Of a stretch of 64,000 nt of DNA, positions 1-14,365 are shown piece after piece; position 1 is the stretch's first letter; every line of letters begins with the position of its first letter. The stretch is from assembly GCA_002633005.1 (NCBI GenBank), contig NMRA01000137.1, positions 62,001 through 126,000 of the forward strand, written 5' to 3'. Origin of the DNA: Phoronis australis. Its lineage: Eukaryota; Animalia; Phoronida. The position numbers and the translations under genes are program-made. The notes under the pieces are model-generated. The model saw nothing but the letters and a program-made list of their open reading frames with translations. It searched no databases and had not been told where the DNA came from.

Positions 1-904
1 TATTTCCCTATGGATAACACTCAACTTAAAACTTCCAAAACGGTTGCTGAGTGAAAGCCACACAATCAAGTTTTTTTTCAATACATGTATTTACCCAGAA
101 AGCATATCATTAGTGATTAGTAGATACAGCTGGGGTTGGGTGGTCCCAACTACGTAATATCTTTACAACATACTAGAGGACAATACGTCATACAAATAGA
201 ACAAATAAGTATCTGGAAAATAACTCATAATGATTGGGCAGATAATTAGCAGAAAACTATAAAACGGGGAGGGAAACCGGAAGGGGGAGGACTTTCATAT
301 ACTTATTCACACTCACATTCACTCGGTTTACTAACTAACTTAATTTACATAGGTGCATATTTGTGAAAAGGTTAGTTTTAAATACAACATACAAGTGGTT
401 AAAAAATAACACCATATATTGTTTGAATCATTTTAAAGAGATGCCTGCAAAACCCTCCACTGTTCTGAAGTATAATTTTTTTCAAAAGTATAGGCATTGT
501 ATTTGTGCAAATGAAAATTAAAATTAATGATATTTTATGTTCCTATTTTGGATGTAAATATTGTGTAGTAATTGTGCTGTAACAGATTAGTGCAATGATA
601 TCACATTTAAGTAAGAATTATTAGCCATCACAAACGCCATATGTTGGTTACATCACAAGATCTGTAGGACATCATGCCTCCATGTGCAGGGTTTTAAACC
701 TTATGCAGAGTTATGCAACAAGACAGCAATTTTGTGCCACAATTCTACTAAGTTTGAAATCTCACAAATGGTCTACAGAAAAATATGTCATGAATCCCAG
801 TCTGTAGTAAACTGACTACTAAACTTATAAAGACCAGTTCTCTGCACCACAACAACGCCACCTACTTGAGCATGTACTAACAAGCTGGCAACAAGTTACA
901 GTAC

Positions 905-3900
905 CTCCATTCCAATCACTGCGATGTGTTGATCTGTGAGAGTATGCCACCACGCCACGCATGAGGGAGATCCTAAAATACGCAAAGTGAACAGCTCACC
1001 ATTGGATTTGAAGCCAAAAAAACACTTGATGGTACAGCAACTTAAAAATACATCTTCTGGGAAGGCAGTAGTGAAGGATGGAGGGGTCACAACAAGGCAA
1101 TGGGGACAGAAGGGGATGAATGAGACAGGCCTTTATCCAGGATTTTGAAAATAGGGTGTCCAAAATGGGGTTCCCAATATTCCAGGGCGTCCATGATTCC
1201 GACGCGTAACCACCCACCCCCAGCAATACCCCCAAACACACAGATTTTTTTTACAAAAAATGCATAGATCAAGGTTTTTACATCTAAGTTTATAAAACAG
1301 CCTTCTATGCTGAGCATTTTTACTAAAAAAACTGTGCAGACCAAGACTTTTACAATGCTGTCAATCAAGTGTCAAAATAGCAACAATGCATATACTTTGT
1401 ATATACATTGTATATTTCTTCCTGCTTTGAAAAAAACTTGAAAGGTTCCTATTGACAGCGGGCGTCCAAATGATACATTGGGTGTCCTTGCCAGGGCCTC
1501 CAGATTAGTAGGTAGCTGCATAAAGGCCTGGAATGAGAGAATCAAGTTGCTGGGAGGGAGAGGGTGGGGAACAAGACTGAAGTGAGGGCACAGAAACAGC
1601 CAGAGGGGTAAGGGGTAAAAACAAAGAGGATGATTTAGACACAATATTTCAAAACTTATAAGCAAGTCAGACAAGAGCAATGAAAAGCGTTGACAGGTGC
1701 ACCGCAAATGGTATGCTTCTAGAACCACTTATTAGTATCATAAAAACAGCCAATAGGGGGCGAAGAATAAGTTGAACCCGTCCAAAAATGAGAGCGCATC
1801 ACCATCTGCCTCATAGAAACCTAGTTGCCAAATTTCATGAAAATCCGTCCACGACCTCTAAAGGTACAGATGTAAAACAATAGAGTTGCCAAGAGGCAAG
1901 GAGAAAGGTGAATCTGTACCAACAAGCTGTCTTCTGCTGCCATCTTCATACAGGAACACACGTGATTAATTTCACAAATATGCGGTTCACGAGATACAGT
2001 TGTGGATCCAAAGAAAAACAAAACTGCCACTTGGGGAGCCATACTAATCAGACTCATTCAAAAACCTACGTCAGTCGTGCTTGAACATTTTTTGCAGACG
2101 ATTCTTTATGGACAATGGAAAGTTATTCTATAGCATCTGTCGTCATCTTCACGGGAACATATCTGCCATATCTTAAGATCCTGCACGGAGTTTAGAATAT
2201 ACAGCAATGAACGCCAGACACCCCGATATCCAGACAGAGATGCCAGCAATATGCACTCACGTATCTATATGTGGGCAAATAAAAATGGGTAGCCATTTTA
2301 ATCAAAAACATGAAATTCATGATCCTATCAATAAAGAGAAACATCCAGTTGGAATTGGCACAGCAGCAAAATCCACAAAATCGTGACTGATAAGTACTAC
2401 AAGGATTTCTGCCCCAAAACTAAGACCTTTGACAAGACAACAGTCCTCGTACCTCTTCTGTCTATCCGCACATGGGTGATGTCATCAATTCTCCATAATC
2501 TGTTCACTTTAGCCTTGTGATCCTAACAAAAAGCAATGCTCAGTGTTATATGTCGTCACAGCATGATTACATTAATTTAAATTTGCAATAAACTCGCCTT
2601 CCGTCAAATAAAAAATTGCTTCAGACTACATGCCTATAAAACTAGGTTCTACTTGTGTTCCAAAGCCTAGAAATAACTTCTAATGCGACTAAGGAACAAG
2701 TTGAGACCAATTTTGTAATGGTAAGTGGACAGACTAAAATTTCTTTCCTTAAGACAGAAGGTTGGTTCGTAGCACCTTTAAAAGTGAAACTGTGCATGCA
2801 TTAAGAAGGCCGGCAACAAAATCTGTAAATGTAAACTTGGATAAGACAAGTTCATGACAGTCCAAATGCCGAGCATACTTACTATGAGCTTCACCCCGTA
2901 CACGATACAACTGTGGGAAACTAGAAATAGGCACAACTATGTGGATTTGTATCATAGGTTTGGCTTCTACTAGTTCGGATCAGAGGTCGAGGGGATTGTA
3001 ACTCGAACTGAGAGGTGTACCAGTTGAATTGCTTTTACCCATTTTATAGTTCAACAGGATCTAACATGATAATCTTTGCAAACAAAATTTCTGTTCAGAA
3101 GCTTCACCGAGTGCCTTACCATTAATGTTAAAACTGGAACGATGAAGATCGACAAGTTTTGGGCCACGCACAACAGCCATGTTCCTGTAGCGTCAAAGCA
3201 CATGTGTTTGATTGGGTAACCCTGGTACCATGGTAACTGGCGGGTCACAGGTCGACGTCCTACGCCACAGTATCTCAACAGGAGGTATCCTAAAAAGTAA
3301 AACGAAGTGTACTTTAAATGTACATCTATGCAATTTGGTCGCGTTTTCAGATTTAGGAGCGCTGCGATTAAAAGTATGATGCAGTATAAATATACAACAA
3401 TTATAACTATCATGGATAAAACCTGAGAGTTGATACAGCACTCAAGTTACTCGAGTTAATAAGTACTTTACAGTAGATATCAAATAGTTAAAAATAATTC
3501 CCGTTACTGACCAGCAAAAATACAAGAAGACAAGACAGTGACTGCTACATGGGTGCACAGTGACTAATTTAGCACATAATATGGTTGGCAAATGAAATCC
3601 TATATTTTGTCAAACTTCTTAACAGAAATCAACATTAAGAAACTCCAGTCTCATACTAACGTAGTTTGTAAATGTCATAATAAAAACAACATTTGGTAAA
3701 GTTTCCGCTATTTATTGCGAAGAAATCAGCCTTTGAAAAACGGAAATAAGACAGTTTCGACAATCATTTTTTAGCAAAATTGGTGGAGACTTATGATAAT
3801 GTATTCACAACAAATTTTGCATTTGACAATTTGCATATGAAATGCACATGCCAATTCCCTAGCTTTCAACACTGCCACCAGTTCAGGACTTAATTGTCTT

Positions 3901-6900
3901 CTTCGTTACTGCAAATCTCAATGACCAGGATGGGGCGCTTTCACGGAGAATTGAAGACAAGCTAGATGGATCAGGATATGAGTAGTTTACCCAAGATAAG
4001 GTACCTAGCAGGACACCACCAGGCTGCTATCTCTAGATTGTGTAAGAGCTCTGATTTTGACTTCTAATTTCATAACAGGTCTCATCTTGGGTTTCAAAGG
4101 GCAAAATTCTCTTCAAGACACTAAGAATGAAATAAAAAATGTTAAAATAAATTGAGTACAGTCCACGCTGGACAATGCATGGTGGTAATAGGAAGGGCAA
4201 ATCGATGGTCAGTCTAGCTGTCATGTGACATCCTGTCAGGAACACTTGAAACAGATGTGTAAAGAAACCCATCAAGCACCGTAAAATAAACCTGTGATAA
4301 CCATTTATCAATCTTGCACAAAATAATTCACAAAATGGCAATTTCCCTATTACACCGATTGCACTCAAAACTTGACCAAAAATCTCTTTTAATTATTGAT
4401 AGCTATTTTTATACACAAATCGTACAGCTGTTTATCTTTGTTGAGAAATTTGATGAAATAATTCCACATGTCTGCCATGATTGGGGGCTAAATTAAAGAG
4501 CATTTACATGCCACCAAGTGTTCAGTTTTTGACTGCAAAATGATAACTCTTCTGTTTTGAGGACTACAGTCTATATTGTTTTCATCTGCAACACCTAGAT
4601 TTAAAATTCAAACAATGTTTGGCTAATGATTAGGCAACCAATTGCTTAAATTAAATTTATATAATATTCATCTTAGCTAATCTATGGATTAATTTAACAG
4701 ATTACGAGTGTTGTCCTAACGACATAACTTGAAGTCCATATCTGAGACTAAATGGTTTAGTTTTCAGGACTTTGCCTCTAGACAGCTAATGTGTAAAAGA
4801 TTAAAGTTCATCACAGCACCAGTTTCATGTCTCCAACGAACGTTTATTGACCACAAGCTGTGCCATGGTGCAGAAAACTCCCCAAAAAAACATTTAAGGT
4901 GAATATTTCCAAAAATAGGCCCACCCAAAAGTACGCCCTTGGGCGTACTCTCGGAAAATTTTCCAACAGTACACACATAAGCATATTTTCGGTAACTATT
5001 TGCCCGTTTTGAAAACCTCATGGAATTGTTCTAAAGTAGGTTTTTAACATGTTTTATTTACATATTTTTAATAGGCAAGACATTATATTACATTAACCCA
5101 AATGACAATCATTTCTAAGCCAAGATATAGGTGACATGGTTAGTAACTATAGTATCAGCACAGTATGAAGGACAGAGAAGAGACACCGTCTTTGCTGAAT
5201 GTGAAATACGGACGAATAAAATTCTTACCAGTGAGATACAACCATACGTACATTAAAAAGGATGAGTTTATTTCAAAAAACATTATGACTAACGTTTGTT
5301 TAACAAAATCGAATCATTTCAATCATTATGTTTGACTTAGTTTACGAAAATATCCCCATTCCCTCACCAGAAATACCCCTGGGTTTCATTTGACATTTGA
5401 CCATAAGCCTATTTTCGGAAATTCCAAGCAGTAGAACTGGCTTGAGTTGATGTAGGATGATATTAAAGGAGAATGCCACCCGATTTAATTGGTCTTTTTT
5501 GCCGTCTTAATCGGTCTATATCCACATCGCCTCGCATATGGTCGACCTTACCTTGCTAAGAGATGTCGCGTTAACCTGTGAGGAAAGTGAGAAACGACGC
5601 TAGTGACGTCATTGGTTCATATGCAGAGTGAATGCCGCTATGTTGCGGTGCATCGTTCCCGCTTGTTCGAAGTAAGCAGCTGCGAGGAAAGCGGGTATAT
5701 CGTTTTTTTTTACTTCCTCGAGAGTCCCCAATGCTTAGGAAGTGGCTCATGTTAGTGAATAATGAAATGTACGCTGTAAATAGCAAGTATGAGGCTGTGA
5801 AACATCTCCGTGTCTGTGGCCTGCAGATGTCGACAGTGCCTCGGCACGAATGCCGGTTTGTGAACTCCATACGTTCCGTTATCTGAGCTTGTTCACGGCG
5901 CCTCTCCAGTATTTCTTCATCACTGTATTCCTGTTCGAATTGATAGCCTTTAAAACTTAACGATCCACCTGCGAAGTCAGGTCTGATGAGCTCTATCTCG
6001 TCCTAAGTCGGGATTGCGAGTTGGCCAGTGCCATGTTGGCGTTTATTACTGAGCGTTCTGTTTCAAAATGAATTATTCTCACCCTAACCAATACTTATAT
6101 AAAACTGTAACAATGTCTGCCTCATAAGATACAATTTGTAATGCCTTTGGAGTGTTCATGAGTGCAAATGATTTGGGAAGCCAGCAATGAATAAATCACT
6201 GCGTTACCGGCTTTAGGTGCAATAAAACTAATTGACGGGACACCGAGGCCCTGTGAGCTCATGCTAACTTAATGTTTGCTGGCAGAAACTGTTGTGAAAC
6301 AACTCGATTTCCATCCCACGGCCAGGTGTTAGGGGAATCTTTATTTACATTTACATTACTCAAATAATGATTGTCAATGTACAACTTCTGCCCCGACGGT
6401 ACTGTGGCCAAAGTGGAACCTGAATTCGCGGCCCCCGACGAATAAGTAGATTTGCAGTTTCGTGGGTAATTCACCAACATAATCACTTGCACATTACTTT
6501 GGCTCACTAGTATGGTATTTTCTTGACTAGAAGTTTAGTTTCCACTGAACTTTGGCTGGTTTATGTTCATGATGTCTGATCAGTTTCCAAGCCACTGGCC
6601 GTGATAACGAGTCAATGCGGCCGGCCGCGACGGGCCTGATCGGGCTCCAAGCCACTGGCCAGGATAACAATCGCCAAGTGTCGCTCAAGACTGTAGCCTG
6701 TTTCTTAGTGATTTCTGACATCTACGTTCGTCATATGAATGATATCATAACTTGCATTGTCCATCGTCGCCACCATCGTCGTCATAGCTGTCATCTTTGT
6801 CATCATCTCTGTCGTCGTTTTTTCTGGTCATCTCTAACGTGTTTTTTTTGGTAAATTTCGCCAAGTGTCACTCCTCGGAGCGCTGTCATCTTGTCTTGTA

Positions 6901-7417
6901 ATTCCCTGCGATTGTTTGGCACAGCACCGTAACTATTTAACAAGGTGCCCACAGCTCTGTAACAAAAATTGCTGAGAGACCCTCAATTGCGGGTACCAGG
7001 TCTGCTACTCCCCTCCCCCTTTGACTTTGTGGGGTAGATTTTTCTGTAGCAATTTAAGAGGACTTGAAGCCAATGCAGTGGGCCTTTGCGGGGACAAAAT
7101 GGAGATTTAGGTACCTATTGGACCGCGCGCGGGTCCCGCAAAATTTTCTGAAAAAGTACCGCCTACCCGCATTTTTGATACACGCTGGCGTGCACTTTGT
7201 GAAGCCTTGTCAATTATGAGTGACCCCCCGGGTTCACGGGTCAGAAGAAGGCTAAAAACAATTACAAAAACATACCATTGGACAAAAGTAAGGCCAGTTG
7301 GCTTCTGTCGCCGGCCTCTTTCCATGCACATGTTGTTATTATGATAGCAGGTCGCCGATTCGACGTCTTCCTCTTGCCAATATTGAGGATTTCCACGAGC
7401 TCAAAAAGAGGAAACAT
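905..7417 (-). CDS. Unidentified multi-exon gene, first four coding exons, runs off the left edge; beta-propeller/WD40-like N-terminus
   Basis: Exons 7276-7417 (ATG; MFPLFELVEIL...QLALLLSN), 3120-3289 (GYLLLRY...RQLPWY...MCFDATGTWLLCV...), 2453-2522 (DHKAKVNRLWRIDDITHVRIDRR), 905-972 (GSPSCVAWWHTLTDQHIAVIGME). All have GT-AG borders and phases 1/0/1/0 join into one frame. The fold is an inference. Confidence 0.75.
1126..1530. mobile_element. hAT-like MITE
   Basis: 15-bp TIR CAGGCCTTTATCCAG / CTGCATAAAGGCCTG (1 mismatch) and a perfect 8-bp TSD GAATGAGA. Confidence 0.85.
5467..6672. mobile_element. Truncated second copy of the same Kolobok-like element
   Basis: Same TTAA|AGGAGAATGCCACCC left end, colinear with 34428-35560. 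ORF 5632..5886 is THAP-like (MPLCC...FFLLPRES...RKWL...LRVC). No right TIR seen. Confidence 0.75.
6940..7232. mobile_element. MITE family X copy (ends GAGTGACCCCCCGGG)
   Basis: Homologous to 11828-12170 (inverted) and to 32038-32525. Confidence 0.7.
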
Positions 7418-10400
7418 CGCCAACTAGTTTACGATCCCATGACTGGTTACAGCGCCTTCTCGTGGTCGTGTCTTTGGGTGACATCTGGTGAGTGCCTGGG
7501 GCAATAATTATGTCCAACATTATTGCAAAACCTGAACAAACTCGTTTTTCAATACGTACTTGGGAACTGCGGAATTCCATAGAATTTCTACAGTTGTTCA
7601 ATATCGGGAAATTCATGTGACTCTCGAATACGGGCATGGTGGTCGCTAAACTTGGCAGCTGGCGATAGCACCTGCAACAAGTCCGTTACTACTGAAATAA
7701 GCCAATCATAGGCCAAATTAATTGATTCCTTCAATGTCTGTCGTGACTCAATATGCCCCGGCTCATGTAGTTTAAAAAGTTGCAGCCTTGTGGGCAAAAG
7801 TAATTATTTTTTGTATTCATCGAACAATGAAGTCGACCTAGCAAAAAAGCCGGCAGGCGATTTCTACTGATAAAATGGTGGTCATTTTTTAAACAGTCAG
7901 GGGTCGGAATTGTAATTCCATAGCGGCATACGTCGCCCTGGTTTAGCAAATATTTCGAGAAGAAAATCGAGTTTGATGTTTCTCTGTCACAAAATAATAT
8001 TCCTAAGTTAGGCTTAGTGTGCAAGATTTTTTCCGTAGTTAACAACAGTGAGGGTCATCGAACCCAAGCCGGGAAAGCTTTAACTGTTTATCAGAGTTTG
8101 CCAATCCTAAACTTGCGAGAAGACGATGCTACTCATTACTCCTAGGATTCATTACTCCAATACATCAAATTTCGTCGAACTCAGGTGGGAACTTTATATT
8201 TCTGTATGCAAAAATACACGATTACTTCCGGGTTCATAGTGTTGACGACAGTGATCCTACCCAAAACAACCCCCAGGTATCCATTTTTTCGTTTGTGTTT
8301 CTTGAGCTGGCGAGCAAATTGGGCTTCAAATCTTCTCTTATCAATATAGAAAATGAGCTATGCACGAGCATTTTTAAAAGAATTAAACATGACAGTGTTT
8401 TCCCGTTCAGTGACTTTGCCAGACGTAGGGGGTTCTGAGCGTGTGATAACATCTAGCTTCTTTGTTAACTGCCAAGCAAACTCTTTTGTCTGTTATATGA
8501 CAATAAGCAGGCCAACTGGCTTATTACAGACCACGTGTGAACACAGTAAAACTCAGAGTGAATTGGTGTATTCGGAAAGAATAGATTGTCGTAACTTCGG
8601 TTGCAGTGGGTGATTTTGGCGATTCAAAAACTAAACATGATCACCATTTGACGAAGTTTTCAGAAATGCTATTGGTTTATGTTCAAATATGTTATAACTT
8701 AACTTTTATTTTTAACAGCACAGCCCAGTCAGGGTAGATACGATGTTCTTGGAGATTAGAGCAATTATCGAACAAAAGAGAGCTGGCCCTCCAACCATAA
8801 ATGCAAGAATGAAGTTAATTAGTCGTGAAAGATATTGAATACAGGGGTAAACTTCTCAACTTGTTGTTGGGATATAGAATCTAACAAGTTGGGAGCAACG
8901 GGAAAACGCCGTAATGTAGGAAAACTAATGAATTATCAAGAACGATACCCGACGTTCATAAATCCATGTTCCGATTGCACCGTTTTTTAACGCCACAGAA
9001 AAATTTATCCGTTGCCCTGTCTTGACGGCCAACATTGCCTTGCAACCTCCAGAGCGGATGGCTTGAAACTTTGTGTGTTGTAGTCTACTCTGTCCCTGCT
9101 AAATGGGCACAAATACAAAAACTTTATGCATGTCATTTCCGCCTCATTATCAGACTTTCCGCAGTGTAGTGAACCTTTAGAGTAGTGACACATGTAACAA
9201 ACTGTATAATCAATCAACGAAATTGCTAATACGGAACAATTCTAATTAAGCCGACGTTATGTCTTGCTGTCGAAAATTGGGTAAATTATCGATGGAACAA
9301 AATTTTCTGGTGAACTTTCGAATGATTTGGTGTATTATTTCCACCAGATTTCTTTCTTGGCTTCACCACAATTTCGAAGAAGAAAAATATACTTTATGAG
9401 CATACGCTGCAAAGTTGGCGCATTCAAATTTTAAGTTGAAATTGTTTATGAAGTCACCCGTTTTTAACTTGCCACTGGAATATTATGCATTGGATTAAGA
9501 TTCTAACACAGCAGTGCAGTTCAACTGGTCAATTTACATTTTTAAATGTTGTGATCGATACAAACAACAGCATACTAGACCTAGGCCTAAGCTATTGAGG
9601 TACAGGCAAAATATCAAACAAAAAACGACAGACGAAACGATTATGTCTCCGCCTCGTTCTTCATTTGAAAAGAGGCAATTTACAAAGGGCCTGCGAATCT
9701 TAGTTTGTGGCCGACGCAACTAACTGCACCCCGATCACTGAGACACACAAGAAAGTCTAAACAATTTATTCTGGAAAAAAATATCCAAATTTGGCAAAGT
9801 CTTGGAAATTTTTTTGACGTTAGTCTAGAATATTTTGAAATCTTGCAGCATTGCAACACCCCGACTTGCACAGATATTCTGCGGCATTAATCAATTGAGA
9901 GCTAAATGTAAATATTTTTCTATGAAAACACTGAGAAGATTCGATGGGATGTGTGATGTGTAATGAATGGTTCTCATTTGAAAAACAATCCATCCCCCTA
10001 CACACTTATTATAACCTTTGAAAAATTAAGTATTTCAACAAATGCTTAAATGGTGCATTTTTTTCGATGCTTGCTTTCTGTAAACAAGAGATACGTGAAG
10101 TATTGAATTGAACCCACGACTGCTCTGCAATTCGAGTAGTGTTTTTAATATCGTAAAAATGACCATTAGATGGCACAGAATACATCGAACCTATCCAAAG
10201 GAAGACGTCGTCATCTCTCTAACACAACAATGTCAACCAAAATTGAATGAAAATCCGCAGAGGAACTCCAAAGGAGTAGGAGTAGGAGTAACTTACTTTT
10301 TGAGAAAAAAGCAAATTGGGAGGTACAACGATGGTTCAACTGTTGTCGAATTAGTAGGAGTAAACATGCCAAATCATCTCTGCAAATCAACTATTTCATG

Positions 10401-11000
10401 AAAATAAGCTAACCAACTCCTAAGATATAGAGGCAAGCGTAAAAAAAAAACAGCTATAGTCCGTTTTGTCTGTAACTAGTCGTCATCTGTTGCCATCTTT
10501 TGTCGTTGCCGCTACAGTTACAAGTGATTTGTTGGCATATCCAACGACTGTAACTGCAGGCACAGTCTGTTGTGTTTTGGTATATATGTCATGGGTTCGC
10601 ATTTCACAAAAAGATAATAAGACCAGCAACTGCAGTTCAATCATTTATCGTGCTTAAACCAACGATACAGCCACATTTCACAAACTCCGATCAAAGACTC
10701 ACTCAAACCACAAGGTCTCCAGAGAGCCCGCTTGGACATTTGCCAATCAGTGACTATCCAACGAATAGCTTCAAGTAGACGTCAATATGGACATCACAAT
10801 ATGAATAGACGCTGAGGTTGGCCAATAGTGAAATCAAATAATCGCAGAAAAATTGGTGCTCTGGTAAATAGCTGAAAAGCTAATTGTTCAAATCTCGGGC
10901 GAAAAGGCGAAACGTCGCTCACGGGAGGTATGACCTGGCTGGTATGACAAAACAGTTGGCAGCAAACGGTTATTGCACAGATATCGGGTCTTCGGTAGCT

Positions 11001-11100
11001 CAGTTGAGGGGAGTTGAGGGGAGTTGAGGAGAGTGGAGGCGAGTGGAAGGAGGTGGAAAGGAGTGGAAGGGAGTGGAGGGGAACAGAGGTGAGGAGAGGT
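11001..11100. repeat. Degenerate 10-bp purine-rich repeat (GAGTKGARGG)n
   Basis: About ten decamers visible in register. Confidence 0.8.
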
Positions 11101-11827
11101 GATGTGATTTTTCAAATTGTTCTTCCTTGAGCAAATTAAAATTTTTGACTGTCCTTGCAGGCGATCAGCTGTTCAGGCTGTGGTTAGTGCGGTAATGTGC
11201 TGGTCACAAAAATGATGTCACTACACCAGTCGACTGTGATAGGTTAAGAAATTGAGAGGGTTTCTGATGGGGGCACATAATATGGGGGCATAAAATGTGT
11301 AGTAGTTAATTAGTGGTTGTGTGGAATAAAACGATGCAAATATATGTTGCACAAAAGTGCATGTATTTAACACATCTAAAAGGCAGTAAGCTCATTTTAG
11401 CCTGTCTGTAAGCGGTTCGGTTAAAAGTTCAACATTAACATCAAATTTAGCTGCGAAATTTCAGGTGTAGGTCTTCCAAATACGCATTACAAATGACTTG
11501 AACTTGAACAATATGGAATTTGAAGTTCTGCCTTTTTCTTTCCAAAAATCGGTCTCATAATATTTTTAATCATGATCTAATTCCATTTGCATTACCAGTT
11601 CAATTCATTGGTAATGTGAACGCGACATTTTCAAATTCGCGGGAACCTTACATGTAGGTCTGCATGGACAACCCCGATTGGAGCGTTTTCTTGAGTCGCT
11701 GATGATTTGGATGATCATATTCGTAAAGGAAATGGGATTCTTGGCACTGTAAGGATATTAGAGACCGGTTTTATGATAGACTAATTAGACTTTTGCCAGC
11801 TAAATAGAGTGAAGTGCAGCTTTAATG

Positions 11828-12170
11828 CCCGGGGGTCACTCATATTGACAATTAGGTGCTCGCAGGCGTGTCCACACATTGCGGGTAGGCGGTACTTTTT
11901 CAGAAAGTTCTGAGGGACCTTCAGAATCCAATAGGCCACTAAATTTCAGTTTCTTGGGGGTGAGGCAGAAAAACCTACCCCGCAAAAGGGAATGGGAATT
12001 AGCAGAGCTGGCACTAGCCTTGGGGCAAAGCTGTATGCTGAATATGTATTTTGTCGATATTCTTCATACAGTTAGCTGGCTGTCTACCCTGAAACCCACA
12101 TCAAGGATTCTCTCAGCAATTTTTTTGTACACATCTGCAGACACCTTGTCAATAGGAGTGACCCCCGCCT
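11828..12170. mobile_element. MITE family X copy with TIRs CCCGGGGGTCACTCATATTGACA / TGTCAATAGGAGTGACCCCCG
   Basis: Self-complementary ends; internal similarity to 6940-7232. Confidence 0.7.
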
Positions 12171-13014
12171 TTAATGTTCACGTTTAGGGTCTTTTGGTGG
12201 CTGTTTGTCTCCTAGTGCGTCTACGATAAATACACGCAAACAAAACCGCAACACGAGAAAATGTCTCTCGAAAATTACCAAGGATCTGCTACATGAAAAA
12301 TATCGTTCGTTGCCCAGTTCGCCTTACCCCCCTCCATCTCTAAAGTGGATAGATAAAATAGTGCAACTTTTTCTCGTTGCACTCGTCTTAGAGAATTCTT
12401 TTTTATTTTTCATACTTTCTGATCATAATGAACGACCCTTCACCGATGTTTCTCCGTATTCTAGAATTCGCCTCTGCCAGCAAACATCGATTACTAAAGT
12501 TTATTCTGTTCACTGCTGATGCGCGCTTATCTGCGACAACTGAATATTGTTTGCACAATATTTTAAATAAAAATTGTTGAGTCGCGTATAAATTTTTCGC
12601 TCTGTCGTGCAAGTGGATACAAACTTGATTGACTTCAACACAAGACTTTAAGGCAAGTACTAAGTACAGGACACATTCAGTTAGGCCGAATCAAGGTTAG
12701 GGCCTACCTCGTTATGCGACACCAATTAATGCCACTCCCAATGCGACTCTTGACCAAGCTACGGCTATTAACAAGCCTAGAAAAATGTCAAAATTTGGCA
12801 AAGATCGAAAAAATTATCATCTGGTATTACGCCTTAAATAGCGGAACGACCTCAAATGAAACTTTCCCAGCGCACTGTTCCCCAAAAGAATTTGTAAAAC
12901 ATTAACAATTGAACGAGGTGTTGTCACTGAAATCGGGACTTTAATGGAAGTGAAAACTTGCACAACACAGAAACAAGATAATTTAGAAAATTGTGACTGT
13001 TCTTAATGGTCTTT

Positions 13015-13020
13015 TTTATT
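13015..13020 (-). terminator. Candidate polyadenylation signal (AATAAA) for a ~3-kb 3' UTR of the L1-family gene
   Basis: AATAAA on the minus strand followed by a GU/U-rich element; other AATAAA candidates near 13440 and 15080. Confidence 0.35.
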
Positions 13021-14205
13021 TAATTTTAAGAAAAAGACATGGCCGCCAGACAGAACCATCCGAAAATTGTTACTAAGCCCAAAATTAAATTCTACACATC
13101 ATTTTTATGTCCAGAAAGTATTCACTACATAAACAGACTCTGGTATGTTGATCTCAACATGGGATTTCACCTCAACAAAACTTTTGCTGCATCAACTATC
13201 TGTTCCTAGGAAAAAACAACCCAAATCAAAACACAAACATTAAAACATAATTATTATTATTACTACAGAGTAAAGCCACAATACAAAACTGTTTTATACA
13301 AAAAATACACATGGACTTCTGGAGCAGTCAGCCATGATCAACTAAAGGTTAGGCGCCAGTAAACTGGAGAATGGTCCAACAAAAGTACTACTTTTGCAAC
13401 TAAAGGATGAATCCAAGTGAACATTACATACTTACATTTTTTATTTATTTACATGGAACCTAAAGTCCTGGACCCAAGGTCCAATTTCAAAGCTTGAATT
13501 TTGAATTATTTTTGACATTTTCTGCTCAAATTTAATAAAAAATAAGAGCCCAGTCAAATTTTTAACAGCCAATGAATGTCTAATCTTAATTCACTAGGGA
13601 TGATTGAACTTGAAAATTTAGACATTAGACTTTGGGCCCAAGAAATATCACACAGACTATTTTGAAAATTGGGTATTATCGAAAATGTGAAAGAATACAA
13701 GCAAACTGCTTAAACAAAAATTTTGAAAAGCGAAGTAGATGAGATATTAAATAGATTTCTTTTAACTACAATAATTAATTTCAGTTTGGAAAATACTTAC
13801 AAACAGGCACACTAAGATAGACATATGGTTGTCGAAAAAAGATTTGTGCAATCACAAATACTCAGGCAAAACATTCCATCAAAACAAATCCACAGATTCA
13901 ACATCTGGATTTCGCAGACAACAGCTCAGTCCTAATAATATACAATAAACAGTTGTATACAATATATCTCCATGAAAACAAAATACATCTAGAATGCCAT
14001 GGGGCTACTAGAGACTATCTACTCTACAGTGAGTTTAAAATATACAAGCCCGTTCTCCTACACCTCTTATCTGCTGAAAAACTTTGGAAAATGCCAAGAA
14101 GCGCCTGCGAACATCACCAGTATTCCAAGACTGTGGTAGATATTCTATCAGTCTTGGTTTCATGACTTGTGAAACATCAACATACATATCACCTCAGGTG
14201 GAAAT

Positions 14206-14365
14206 TGACCTATCGCCAGGATTTTAACTGACCAATCAGAACGCAGCATTCTTAACACACCTTCATTTCCAAGCCGCCATTTTACCCAACAAACAACACG
14301 TTGCCGGGTAAAACTTATTGTTTGTTTGTCGACTTTTTGCAAGGGGCGGAGCTTGCGATAGGTCA
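14206..14365. mobile_element. MITE family Y copy in the probable 3' UTR
   Basis: TIR TGACCTATCGC / GCGATAGGTCA flanked by AT. Confidence 0.7.

Noticed and set aside
5632-5886. Stand-alone THAP-domain gene
   Set aside because: Lies inside a repeated transposon, lacks the final zinc-binding His, and the second copy is degenerate.
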